Positions 37,533 to 46,975 of a DNA stretch of 64,000 nt are shown in pieces. This DNA is from Solobacterium sp. Its GTDB lineage: Bacteria > Bacillota_I > Bacilli_A > Erysipelotrichales > Erysipelotrichaceae. Position numbers and translations under genes: made by a program. The notes beneath the pieces were generated by a model. It did not search any database, was not told where the DNA came from, and saw only the letters and a program-made list of their open reading frames with translations. The stretch's first letter is position 1. Each line of letters starts with the position of its first letter. Where the stretch lies: positions 89,991 through 153,990 of the forward strand of contig JAFUFO010000036.1 of assembly GCA_017469885.1 (NCBI GenBank), in the 5' to 3' direction.

Positions 37533-38819
37533 ATGAGGGGACGTTATATGTTTAAGAATCTTACAAAGACCGAACGGGCATGGGTTCTTTACGATGTCGG
37601 CAACAGTGCCTTCACGATGCTGGCATGCTCGCTCATTCCGATCTGGTTCAAGGAACTGGCTATCGGAACCGCACCCGGTCAGATCACCGGTGACAAGGCA
37701 ACCGCCTACTATTCACTTTCCGTTGCCATCGTAACGATCATTGTCGCGGTTCTCGGTCCGATCTGCGGTGCGCTTGCGGATCATAAGGACATGAAGAAAA
37801 TCTTCTTCACAACTGCAGTTGCGCTTGGCGTTATCGGCTGTATTCTGAACGGATTTGCGACTTCGTGGTTCATGTTTCTGGTGATCTATGTACTCGCAAA
37901 GATCTTCTACTCGGCATCCCTCACCTTCTATGATTCCATGCTCAATGACGTAACGACGGAAGACCGGATGGACCAGGTATCCTCCTACGGATATGCCTGG
38001 GGATACATCGGCTCCTGCATTCCGTTCACGATTGCGCTGATCTTCTATGTCATCAGCGGCGGTCTGAGTGAGAATCTGATGTTAATCCCGCGCAATGTCG
38101 GCAAGATTATCGGCTTCACGGTCACGGCAGTCTGGTGGTTCCTGGTCACCATTCCGCTGATCAAAAACTATAAACAGATCAACTATGTCGAATCCACCAA
38201 GGGTTCCATCAGTGCCGTCTTCAAAAAGATCTTTGCGACCCTCAAACGGATTGCCACCCAGGACCGCAAGGTCGCCTACTTCCTGATTGCCTTCTTCCTG
38301 TATATTGACGGTGTCGGAACAATCATCGACAACTGCATCAATATCGGTACGGACCTTGGTCTTCCGACCGTCGGACAGGTCGTCTTCCTGCTCGCAACCC
38401 AGGTCGTTGCCTGGATCGGTTCTCTCGTATTCGCACGGCTGTCCAAGAAGTATGATACGGTTCCGCTGATTCTTGTATGCATCGCCGGTTACTTCGCAGT
38501 ATGCCTCTATGCACTGACGCTGAAGACACTGCTTCATTTCGGTATTCTTGCATTCGGTGTCGGATGTTTCCAGGGATCTATTCAGTCCCTTTCCAGAAGT
38601 TACTTCTCGAAGATCATCCCGGCGGAAAATTCCGGCGAATACTTCGGTATCTATGATATCTTCGCAAAAGGCGCAAGCTTCCTTGGCTCTGCGGTAATCG
38701 CCGCGGTCAAGCTCGCCGGCGGAACGATCAATATCGCGGTTGCTTCCCTTGCCATCTTCTTCGCACTCGGATTTATCTTCCTGCGGCTCTCCGACAAGCA
38801 GCCGTACGCAAACCGCTGA
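37533..38819 (+). CDS. MFS transporter (UMF1/Atg22-like); probable start near 37548
   Basis: AWVLYDVGNSAF, FYDSML, SLSRSYFS, FGIYDI; about 12 TM segments. Confidence 0.88.
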   Translation: MRGRYMFKNLTKTERAWVLYDVGNSAFTMLACSLIPIWFKELAIGTAPGQITGDKATAYYSLSVAIVTIIVAVLGPICGALADHKDMKKIFFTTAVALGVIGCILNGFATSWFMFLVIYVLAKIFYSASLTFYDSMLNDVTTEDRMDQVSSYGYAWGYIGSCIPFTIALIFYVISGGLSENLMLIPRNVGKIIGFTVTAVWWFLVTIPLIKNYKQINYVESTKGSISAVFKKIFATLKRIATQDRKVAYFLIAFFLYIDGVGTIIDNCINIGTDLGLPTVGQVVFLLATQVVAWIGSLVFARLSKKYDTVPLILVCIAGYFAVCLYALTLKTLLHFGILAFGVGCFQGSIQSLSRSYFSKIIPAENSGEYFGIYDIFAKGASFLGSAVIAAVKLAGGTINIAVASLAIFFALGFIFLRLSDKQPYANR

Positions 38820-38833
38820 TTATAAGACACTTT

Positions 38834-38894
38834 AAAAGCGGGATCCTCCACACTGTGACATTTAACTGCACATGTGAATGGGTCCCGCTTTTTT
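38834..38894. terminator. Bidirectional terminator
   Basis: AAAAGCGGGA...TCCCGCTTTT. Confidence 0.75.
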
Positions 38895-39469
38895 CAGTCT
38901 TCAAACACAATTCCCTGCGGTGTCATTTCCTTAATGCGGGCAAGCGAGCAAACCTCGATTCCCTGTGCTTCGATCCGCTTCCGGCCCGGCTGGAATGATT
39001 TTTCCACGACGGTTCCGCAGCCGACAATATCCGCACCTGCCTGACGGGTGATTTCAATCAGTGCAGAGACCGCTTCACCGGTCGCAAGGAAGTCATCAAT
39101 GATAAGAACATGTTCTCCGGGTATGAGATATTCCTTTGCGACCGTAAAGGTCACAGGACCGCCGCGTGTGAATGAGATCGCATCTGCGGTATAACGGTCT
39201 TTGTCCATGTTCTTTGCATTACCCTTTTTCGCATACACAATCGGGATATTGCCAAACTGCTGAGCAGTTGTGACGGCATAGGCGATTCCGCTGGCTTCCA
39301 CAGTCAGAATCTTGTCTACTGTCCGGTCAGAGAATATCCGATGAAATTCTTCGCCGATCTTTCCGCAGAGTTCCACATCGATCTGATGATTCAGAAAGCT
39401 ATCGATTTTCAGAACATTTCCTTCAAACACCCTGCCTTCCGCAAGGATTTTTTCTTCGAGTTCCTTCAT
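38894..39469 (-). CDS. xpt: Xanthine phosphoribosyltransferase
   Basis: LKIDSFLNHQID, TVEASGI, IIDDFLATG, VVEKSFQPG. Confidence 0.94.
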   Translation of the reverse strand: MKELEEKILAEGRVFEGNVLKIDSFLNHQIDVELCGKIGEEFHRIFSDRTVDKILTVEASGIAYAVTTAQQFGNIPIVYAKKGNAKNMDKDRYTADAISFTRGGPVTFTVAKEYLIPGEHVLIIDDFLATGEAVSALIEITRQAGADIVGCGTVVEKSFQPGRKRIEAQGIEVCSLARIKEMTPQGIVFED

Positions 39470-39483
39470 TGTGCCCTCTCCTG

Positions 39484-40107
39484 TCAGCGGTACAGAAATA
39501 CGATCACCAGTACAATGATGACGGCAATTGCAATCAGCAGAATCACCTGTTTTGAACCGGCCTCTGTCTGAACGGTCTGAATCTGACGGTTCAGGATTGC
39601 CCGTGCCTGCCGGTCCGCCGCTTCATCATAGCCATCTTCAAATACGGTCTGTACAGCATAGTCCGAAAGTCCATGCATCGGAATATCGTCCAGAATCAGA
39701 ATTTCCGAGATCCTCGGATGATCTTCCAGATATTCAAGAATCTCAAGATACCGGGGCGGCATTCCTTCGCTCAGCACCGTCAGGTCTTCGATGATGACAT
39801 CTTCGGAAAAGCCGGCATTGCGCAGACTGTTCTGACAGAATTCCATGCCGGAATAACGCCAGGAAGACGAAATCACGACATGCAGGTCAAACTCATGAAT
39901 CAGTTTGTCCAGCCGTTCCACGATTTCAGGACGGAAAAAATCATAAACACCCTGTGCCATTGCGGCATCAAATTCCGGTGTTCCATATTCATACGGCACA
40001 TTGACGACACCGTCAAAATCGAGAAACAGAACCCGGTGGATCCGGTTCTCAATCCGATTCCGCAGCATCTGCCGTTTAACAGCGGTAATACGATCTTCTT
40101 CTGACAT
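39484..40107 (-). CDS. HAD-domain protein (Swiss-Army-Knife RNA-repair-like HAD) with C-terminal TM anchor
   Basis: FLDFDGV, VVISSSWR, ILDD; hydrophobic C-terminus. Confidence 0.7.
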   Translation of the reverse strand: MSEEDRITAVKRQMLRNRIENRIHRVLFLDFDGVVNVPYEYGTPEFDAAMAQGVYDFFRPEIVERLDKLIHEFDLHVVISSSWRYSGMEFCQNSLRNAGFSEDVIIEDLTVLSEGMPPRYLEILEYLEDHPRISEILILDDIPMHGLSDYAVQTVFEDGYDEAADRQARAILNRQIQTVQTEAGSKQVILLIAIAVIIVLVIVFLYR

Positions 40108-40160
40108 ACGTCAAGAATACACGAAGGTCTGTGCAAATAACAATGCGCAATAACGGTACG

Positions 40161-41117
40161 TTATGCCTTGTTCTGTTTTACAGACGGATCCCGGTTGACC
40201 AGAATAATGCCAAGCGAGACCAGCGCCAGCGCAAGCAGACCGTTCCAGGAGAGTGCCTCCCGGTTTTCTCCGAGGATGATTGCGGAGAGCAGTACCCCCA
40301 TGACCGGATTCAGAAATCCGAGGATGGAAATCTTACTGACCGGATTATATTTGAGCAGGATGCCCCAGATCGCATATGCGCCGGCAGATATAAAGCCCAT
40401 ATACAGAAGCACAAGGACGCAGGATGCATTATAAAAAACCAGATGTCCGCCGGAGAGAATTCCGATCAGAAACAGAATGATACCGCCGCACAGAAACTGA
40501 TACCCGCAGAGCACGACCGGGTTTTCATCCCGGGAATAGACCTTGGAAAGACAGCTGCCCAATGCATAGAACGCATCCGCCGCCAGCATCGCACCTTCCC
40601 CGGCCAGGGTAAATCCGGTGCCGTCAAGAATCGCACGGAAGCCGCCAAGCAGAAGCACAAGCCCGACGACTCCGGCAATGCAGCCCAGCCATTTGCGCAG
40701 CGTCATCTTTTCCATACGGAATATGTAAGCCGCAAAGAGGATTGCAAAGAAGTTGCCGGAGGCATTGATGATGGAACTTCGCACACCGGATGTATTTACC
40801 AGTGACAGAAAGAAAAAATACGGCTGTCCGACCGACTGAAACAGTGCGAGCAGCGGTATTTTTGCATAAGATTCTTTTTTCGGAACCAGAAAATGCCGTT
40901 CCATGACGGAGAAAAAGCAAATCACCATGACACCGGCAATGACAAACCGAAGACCGGCCATCACAAGACGCGCCGCCGTATCCTCCGGTCCAAGCCGGAA
41001 CATTTCATAGGCTGACTTGATTGCGGGGGTTGCGCTGCCCCACAGTACACAGCAGAAGAATGCGGCGATGAATACGATAAACGGCTGTGTCCAGGTGTTC
41101 TGTTTCGGTTCTGTCAT
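40161..41117 (-). CDS. DMT/EamA family transporter
   Basis: About ten hydrophobic segments, LWGSA, LNPVMGVLLS. Confidence 0.88.
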   Translation of the reverse strand: MTEPKQNTWTQPFIVFIAAFFCCVLWGSATPAIKSAYEMFRLGPEDTAARLVMAGLRFVIAGVMVICFFSVMERHFLVPKKESYAKIPLLALFQSVGQPYFFFLSLVNTSGVRSSIINASGNFFAILFAAYIFRMEKMTLRKWLGCIAGVVGLVLLLGGFRAILDGTGFTLAGEGAMLAADAFYALGSCLSKVYSRDENPVVLCGYQFLCGGIILFLIGILSGGHLVFYNASCVLVLLYMGFISAGAYAIWGILLKYNPVSKISILGFLNPVMGVLLSAIILGENREALSWNGLLALALVSLGIILVNRDPSVKQNKA

Positions 41118-41204
41118 AACGGCTGATTCCTCCGGTTAAAGTGCAATTCGTACAAATCAATATCTTACCACTTCAGAGGAATCCCGCCAGTACCCTTTGT
41201 GAAA

Positions 41205-42137
41205 TTACTGTTCCATTGCGCGCACAAGCTGGACCATCAGTGTTTCATACGGAACCTGAAGTCCTTTCTTTTCTGCGGCACGGACAACGGAGCCGCTGAT
41301 GAAATCCACTTCGGTCATCCGTCCGTTTTTGAGGTCTGCCGCAAGGCTCGGGAACCCATTCGGCGCATTACGCAGATGGTTATAGAGACGGTTGATCTGT
41401 TCGTCCGGATCGAAGTGATGTCCTTCCGCATTGGCCGTTTCGCAGACTTCCATGATCAATGCTTTACAGATATCCCAGGCAGCCGAATGTTCGACAATAT
41501 AGCCCTGCGGTTTCTGAAGCACGCCGCAAAGCACACTGCTTGACGCATTGATCATCAGTTTATTCCACACCGCAAAGGAAATATCCTCACTGACGGTGCA
41601 TGGGAAGCCGGACGCATCAAACAATAACGCAAACTGTGCCGCGTCCTGTCTGGCCGCATCACTTGCGGAAGTCGCAAATCCAAAGGTTGTCTTTCCATGT
41701 CCGGTATGATTTACCGTATAGGCGTTTTCCCGGCTGCTTCCCTCTTCCGTGGTACCGATCAGTATATGCGAGGGATCCGCAAACTGAGACAGGACATCCG
41801 CATGCCCCATTCCGTTCTGCAGGGTAAGCACATAGGTGTTCTCTCCGATGACTGCTTTATTTGCCGCAAGCGCCTGCTCGGTCAGATAGGCCTTGGTAAA
41901 CAGCAGCACAAGATCCATCGGTTCCGTGCAGGTTCCATTCAGCACAGCAGACGGTCTGCATTCCAGAAGCGTCTCTCCTTCCTGAATACGGATTCCGTTG
42001 AGCTGAAGCTCACTGATGCGTTCCGGATTGTTTCCAAGCAGTGTCACATCCGCATGCGCAGACAGCCGACCGGCAAACAGCAGCCCCATTGCGCCGGGAC
42101 CGACTACGGCAATCTTAGGTTTCTTGTTCTGTTCCAT
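41205..42137 (-). CDS. panE: 2-dehydropantoate 2-reductase
   Basis: GPGAMG, TLQNGMG, WNKLMINA, SLAADL..GRMTEVD. Confidence 0.88.
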   Translation of the reverse strand: MEQNKKPKIAVVGPGAMGLLFAGRLSAHADVTLLGNNPERISELQLNGIRIQEGETLLECRPSAVLNGTCTEPMDLVLLFTKAYLTEQALAANKAVIGENTYVLTLQNGMGHADVLSQFADPSHILIGTTEEGSSRENAYTVNHTGHGKTTFGFATSASDAARQDAAQFALLFDASGFPCTVSEDISFAVWNKLMINASSSVLCGVLQKPQGYIVEHSAAWDICKALIMEVCETANAEGHHFDPDEQINRLYNHLRNAPNGFPSLAADLKNGRMTEVDFISGSVVRAAEKKGLQVPYETLMVQLVRAMEQ

Positions 42138-42151
42138 AGTTACTCCTCAAT

Positions 42152-43132
42152 TTATTTCTCACACTCGAATTTCATATTCCAGGATGCCCGGATCTGATCC
42201 ATGAGACGGATCACCGCCAGACTGTCTTCCGGGCAATGCCGGTCGCTGTGTGTTTTTCCTTTGTGAATGCATGTTGTCGCTTCCCGGATTTCATATTCAA
42301 ACCCGTTCACCTCAAACGGACAGGAAATCGTGTACGGATCTCCATTTGTTGGTTTTACAAAAGCTTTCCTTGCGTTCTGGAAGTCCGGAAAATCAATTTC
42401 CGCTTCGTCAAAATACAGGGCAGCCTGCCGGTCCATGACAATGCCGATTGCCTGCATGGACTGTGCAGTACGTCCTTCCGGGAATCTCATCTGCAGAGCA
42501 CTGAAGGAATCTGTCCCGAACTCATTGATTTCAACTTCCGAAGTAAAGGATTCCGGAACCCCGCCCATCATCATATAAAGGAAGCCAAGATTATAGATTC
42601 CGATATCAAGCAGTGCGCCGCCGGCAAGATCTGAACGGAACTTGCGCTCTCTGCGTGCGCCTTTGGCGAGAAATCCATAGTTCACTCTTGCATGGCGGAG
42701 CTTGCCGTACTGTTCAGAGGCAATGATCTCCTGCAGTTTTTCATATAACGGCAAGAACCGGATCCAGAATGCCTCCATCGCAAAGAGTCCCTTCTCATCA
42801 GCGGTGCGATACAGGATTTCTGCCTCTTCCGCATTTACGGTAAACGGCTTTTCACAGAGCACATGCTTGCCATGATCCAGACACAGCATGGTATGGGCAA
42901 AATGCAGGTTGTTCGGAGACGCAATGTATACTGCCTCCACCTCCGGATCATTTACCAGTTCTTCATACGAACCATATGCCTTTGGAATCTGAAATTCTGC
43001 CGCAAACGCCTCTGCCTTTTCCTGATTCCGTGAAGCGACTGCCACAAGTGTTTCCTGTTCATCGTTCATTCCTATAACAGTATCCGCAAATTTGCGCGCA
43101 ATGGTCCCCGGCGCAAGAATTCCCCATTTCAT
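42152..43132 (-). CDS. Gfo/Idh/MocA family oxidoreductase
   Basis: MKWGILAPGTIA, HVLCEKP, GGALLDIGIY. Confidence 0.9.
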   Translation of the reverse strand: MKWGILAPGTIARKFADTVIGMNDEQETLVAVASRNQEKAEAFAAEFQIPKAYGSYEELVNDPEVEAVYIASPNNLHFAHTMLCLDHGKHVLCEKPFTVNAEEAEILYRTADEKGLFAMEAFWIRFLPLYEKLQEIIASEQYGKLRHARVNYGFLAKGARRERKFRSDLAGGALLDIGIYNLGFLYMMMGGVPESFTSEVEINEFGTDSFSALQMRFPEGRTAQSMQAIGIVMDRQAALYFDEAEIDFPDFQNARKAFVKPTNGDPYTISCPFEVNGFEYEIREATTCIHKGKTHSDRHCPEDSLAVIRLMDQIRASWNMKFECEK

Positions 43133-43281
43133 ATGAACACTCCTTTTTTGTTTTTCTGGTTTTATTGTTTCATATTCCGACGCATCATGTGATGAACAAA
43201 CCTCTGTTTGTGTGGTTTTCCATACAAACAAATGAACAATTCTGAACAAGAAAAAAGCCGCACTTTCATGCGGCTAACCAA

Positions 43282-43357
<76 letters not shown>

Positions 43358-43359
43358 AA

Positions 43360-43436
43360 TGGTTGCGAGGGAAGGATTTGAACCAACGACCTCCGGGTTA
43401 TGGGCCCGACGAGCTACCAGGCTGCTCTACCTCGCG
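43360..43436 (-). tRNA. Initiator tRNA-fMet(CAT), with C at position 33
   Basis: 5' CGCG with C1:A72 mismatch, three G-C pairs in the anticodon stem; loop CC-CAT-AA. Confidence 0.95.
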
Positions 43437-43475
43437 ATAAGATGTGGGTGCACTTGTCAGATAGTACCGATAGAG

Positions 43476-43563
43476 CGGAGGAACAGGGATTCGAACCCTG
43501 GCGCCGCTTTCACGACCTGCCGGTTTTCAAGACCGGTCCCTTCAACCACTTGGGTATTCCTCC
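43476..43563 (-). tRNA. tRNA-Ser(TGA)
   Basis: CCGGT-CT-TGA-AA-ACCGG; long variable arm; CCA not encoded. Confidence 0.95.
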
Positions 43564-43572
43564 ATAGTTGAG

Positions 43573-43646
43573 TGGACCCTGTAGGGCTCGAACCTACGAC
43601 CAGTCGGTTATGGGCCGACAGCTCTGACCAACTGAGCTAAGGGTCC
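43573..43646 (-). tRNA. tRNA-Ile2(CAT, lysidine type), with C at position 33
   Basis: GGACCCT acceptor typical of Firmicute Ile2; GTCGG-CC-CAT-AA-CCGAC; same Met-Ile2-Ser-fMet order as Bacillus trnB. Confidence 0.88.
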
Positions 43647-43672
43647 AATCGGTACCGCTGATTTAATTGAGA

Positions 43673-43749
43673 TGGTAGCGAGGGTGGGACTCGAACCCAC
43701 GATCTTCCGGGTATGAACCGACGGCTCTAGCCAACTGAGCTACCTCGCC
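43673..43749 (-). tRNA. Elongator tRNA-Met(CAT)
   Basis: GGCG...CGCT-ACCA; loop TT-CAT-AC. Confidence 0.92.
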
Positions 43750-43756
43750 ATCTGAC

Positions 43757-43833
43757 TGGTCGGGATGGCAGGATTTGAACCTGTGACCCCTTGATCCCAA
43801 ATCAAGTGCACTACCAAGCTGTGCTACATCCCG
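43757..43833 (-). tRNA. tRNA-Pro(TGG)
   Basis: CTTGA-TT-TGG-GA-TCAAG. Confidence 0.96.
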
Positions 43834-43839
43834 AATAAA

Positions 43840-43916
43840 TGGCGCGCCGAGCAGGAGTCGAACCCGCAACCTTTTGATTCGTAGTCAAATACTCTATCCA
43901 GTTGAGCTATCGGCGC
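43840..43916 (-). tRNA. tRNA-Arg(ACG)
   Basis: TTTGA-CT-ACG-AA-TCAAA. Confidence 0.96.
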
Positions 43917-43943
43917 ATACGCACATCTAACGAGTGCTTAGTA

Positions 43944-43972
43944 ATAATAACAAAGCGATTCCTACTTTGCAA
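43944..43972 (-). promoter_or_regulatory. SigA promoter of the 7-tRNA operon
   Basis: TTGCAA-17 nt-TATTAT on the minus strand. Confidence 0.75.
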
Positions 43973-44079
43973 GAAGAATTTTCAATATTTTTTTCAGCCT
44001 CTTTCCGGCCATTTCGAATTACAGTAACCGGCATTTCCATTTTCGTTGTAAAGCATGTTTCTTTTAATATAATTAATAT

Positions 44080-45801
44080 ATGTTTTCACAGCGTAGAAAT
44101 ATTATACTGATCGGATTTCTGATTGCAGGATTTTTCTGTATTCCTTTTTACAGTCCGTCAATCTTTGCCGGTCTGGATATGACCTTTCACCTCAGCCGCA
44201 TCGACGGAATGCTTACCGCAATCAGAGATCTTCAGTTCCCGATAGCCATCTATCCGGACAAGAATTACGGATTCGGATATGCCAGCCCCCTGTTCTACTG
44301 TGATCTGTTTCTGTTGCCCGCGACGATCCTGTACGCAATGCATATTCCGATCATTCTTGTTTATAAAATTTATGTATTCGTGATCGCATGGATCGGCGCA
44401 TGCACTGCACTGTATGCGATGAATGAATACACCGAACACTCCGGCATCTGCCTGTTCGGCGCCCTTCTGTTTACGTTCTCTTCCTATCACATCAATGACT
44501 TCTTTATCCGGGCGGCGCTTGGCGAGGCACTGGCTTTCTCCATCCTCCCGCTCTTCATGGTTTATGCAAAGCGGTATCTCGTGGATGGTGACCGTAATCC
44601 AATTCCGCTCGCACTGTTCTTTGCGGCTCTGGCATTATCCCATCTGATCACCTTTGCGCTGACCGCTGCGGTATTTGCCATCCTTCTGATTCTTTACTGT
44701 AAGGATATCTTCCGCCGGAAACAGGTATTCACCTTCTTCAAGGCGGTTGTGATCGGCGCAAGTCTTGCGGCGTTCTTCCTGTTACCATTACTGCAGCAGA
44801 TGCGCTCGCAGCGCTTCCTCTTCTCGCAGAACCGGGAGCTCTGGGGCGAAGAAATCATGTTCTCCTACAGCAACACCCTTCTCTCCGTTGTCAGTGACTA
44901 TCTGCTTCTCGGACACTATGACCTCGAACTGCACCATTACTTTACCGGCCTTGTGGTTGTGATCAGTCCAATCTTCTTCCTGTTCGCAAAGAAAAAAGAT
45001 GGTTCACATCGCTTCCTTGCGATTCTTACCGTCATCTCGGTACTCCTGCTTGTCTGTACGATAAATGTGATTCCGCTGTATAAGGTGAAGCTCCTGCAGT
45101 CCATTCAGTTCACCTACCGGTTCAATATCCTGATTGCGACGTTCCTTCCCTTCGCACTGATCTATACGATCGATCAGATGACAAAGAAGGCAAGAAGAAT
45201 CGTTTCCGCAATCCTTGTGATTTTCACGGCCGCCAATACTGCGGTGATCGATTATCAGCTGCTTACGGATGAAATCCAGATCAGCAACACCGCTTCCACC
45301 TATGCCCTCTTCAACCGGGAGTTCTACGAGAACTACAACAACTACTTCAATGTTTCCGAACTTTCCAGCGGAGAATATCTGCCGGCGACCCATCAGATCA
45401 ACTACAAGTATCTTTCCGGCAGTATCGATCTTTACGATACCACGTCACGCTCTGTCACCTATGAGCGCACCGGCACGAAATCCATGCTTACCATGGATTG
45501 TGAAACCGATGGATTTGCGGCGCTTCCGGTAACCTGGTATCTCGGCTATCAGGCCGAACTGCTGGATAACGGCACACCGCAGATTCTGCCGATTTCCCAG
45601 GATGAATATACCGGACGGATCGTCATTCCCGTTTATGAAGGAAATCATACCTACCGTGTTCATTACCGCGGCACGACCGTACAGAAACTTTCCCTGCTGA
45701 TTTCACTGGTCAGCGTAATGATCCTGCTGGGATATCTCGTATATAAAAACGCCCGCCGGGACAACCCGACGGACGATGAAGTCACTTCAGACAATATCTG
45801 A
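44080..45801 (+). CDS. Multi-pass membrane protein, GT-C-like glycosyltransferase (PTPS-related/YfhO-like)
   Basis: GLDMTFHLSRI, YGFGYASPLFY, RAALGEAL, QFTYRF, LPVTWYLGY. Confidence 0.75.
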   Translation: MFSQRRNIILIGFLIAGFFCIPFYSPSIFAGLDMTFHLSRIDGMLTAIRDLQFPIAIYPDKNYGFGYASPLFYCDLFLLPATILYAMHIPIILVYKIYVFVIAWIGACTALYAMNEYTEHSGICLFGALLFTFSSYHINDFFIRAALGEALAFSILPLFMVYAKRYLVDGDRNPIPLALFFAALALSHLITFALTAAVFAILLILYCKDIFRRKQVFTFFKAVVIGASLAAFFLLPLLQQMRSQRFLFSQNRELWGEEIMFSYSNTLLSVVSDYLLLGHYDLELHHYFTGLVVVISPIFFLFAKKKDGSHRFLAILTVISVLLLVCTINVIPLYKVKLLQSIQFTYRFNILIATFLPFALIYTIDQMTKKARRIVSAILVIFTAANTAVIDYQLLTDEIQISNTASTYALFNREFYENYNNYFNVSELSSGEYLPATHQINYKYLSGSIDLYDTTSRSVTYERTGTKSMLTMDCETDGFAALPVTWYLGYQAELLDNGTPQILPISQDEYTGRIVIPVYEGNHTYRVHYRGTTVQKLSLLISLVSVMILLGYLVYKNARRDNPTDDEVTSDNI

Positions 45802-46975
45802 CGTAGTCAGTATAAGCAGGAAAATCCTTTGCCTGCAGATGGAAGCCATCTTCCAGATAGTAATCAGGGATTCCGTATCCACTCTCATCCTTCAGCCAGC
45901 TGTCGGCACAGAGCATCGGAATCTCTTTTTCTTTGCACATCTGAAGCAGACAGTAGTTTACCCGGTTGATCTGTTCCTGAGAAGCTGCAGCTTCGGTGCT
46001 TCCCTTGCGGATCGGAAGAATTGCCGAGACATAGATTTTTGTGTCCGGACTTACCTCTTTCAGCTCATCCAGGCACTTCCCGTATTCCTCAGCCAGTTTG
46101 ATCGGATCGCCGCTTCCGGCTTCCGCCTCTCCCATCATCAGAATCACGCGCTTCGGTTTCATCCAGCTGACAAGATCCGCCGCGGAATAGGTCTGCTGGA
46201 CATTGCCGTAATGAATTGGAAGATCAAACGTTGCCGGTCCCATGGCATACCGTGCCACAACCCGGTCTCCCGGAAGACCGTCATATTCCCCAAGATTCAG
46301 AATATTGGAGTCTCCGATCCAGTACAGTTCCCGGAATGTCGCATCATCTGCCGGCTGTTCATTCGGCGTAAGCAGATAATGATCGACGTCCAGTTTATCC
46401 AGATCGAAGCGTTCCGGCAGGAAATCCTCTTCTGCCGCATCGCCTACGACAACACGCAGACTCCGCATGGCGCAGTTTCCGGAAGTATCACAGGCTTTTA
46501 ACTGTGCCGGATAGGTTCCCCGCTTTGCAGGATCGGCATCCCCTTCCAGCGTGATCTTTATTGCCTCATCCGGATCATAGTTATCATGGATGAGATAAGT
46601 CGGATAAGACCAGTCTTCTCCGACTCTGGAGAAACAGATTGCGCCTTCTTCCAGTTCAATTTCCGGCGCATCCATATCCGCAACCACGGAATCAATCGTC
46701 ACGGTCTTCAGCGGGATGCCAAGGATCCGGTACTGATAGCGGATCGGATACATTCCGACACGGGAAGGATCCGTCGCATCACTGATGATGATCTGATCGG
46801 AGATATCCGACCCGAACATCGTTGCTTTTACTCCAGGCACCGGTGCAGGCTTTTCGCCGTATACCGTAATGACACTGTCTTCTTCGGGATGAATGGAAAC
46901 ACCGGCATGCAGGATGAGGCCAATCAGAACAACTGCCCCTGCGCAGCCGGCACAGATGATCGCTTTCCGGTTCAT
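45782..46975 (-). CDS. Membrane-anchored Ig-like (DUF5011-type) plus GDSL/SGNH hydrolase
   Basis: N-terminal TM; DMDAPEIEL..A.DNYD..DTSGN repeat domain; IGDS, DGFH motifs. Confidence 0.7.
   Translation of the reverse strand: MNRKAIICAGCAGAVVLIGLILHAGVSIHPEEDSVITVYGEKPAPVPGVKATMFGSDISDQIIISDATDPSRVGMYPIRYQYRILGIPLKTVTIDSVVADMDAPEIELEEGAICFSRVGEDWSYPTYLIHDNYDPDEAIKITLEGDADPAKRGTYPAQLKACDTSGNCAMRSLRVVVGDAAEEDFLPERFDLDKLDVDHYLLTPNEQPADDATFRELYWIGDSNILNLGEYDGLPGDRVVARYAMGPATFDLPIHYGNVQQTYSAADLVSWMKPKRVILMMGEAEAGSGDPIKLAEEYGKCLDELKEVSPDTKIYVSAILPIRKGSTEAAASQEQINRVNYCLLQMCKEKEIPMLCADSWLKDESGYGIPDYYLEDGFHLQAKDFPAYTDYVRYCLK

Noticed and set aside
43359-43869. Short ORFs 43359-43571(+) and 43663-43869(-)
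   Set aside because: They are translations of tRNA genes.
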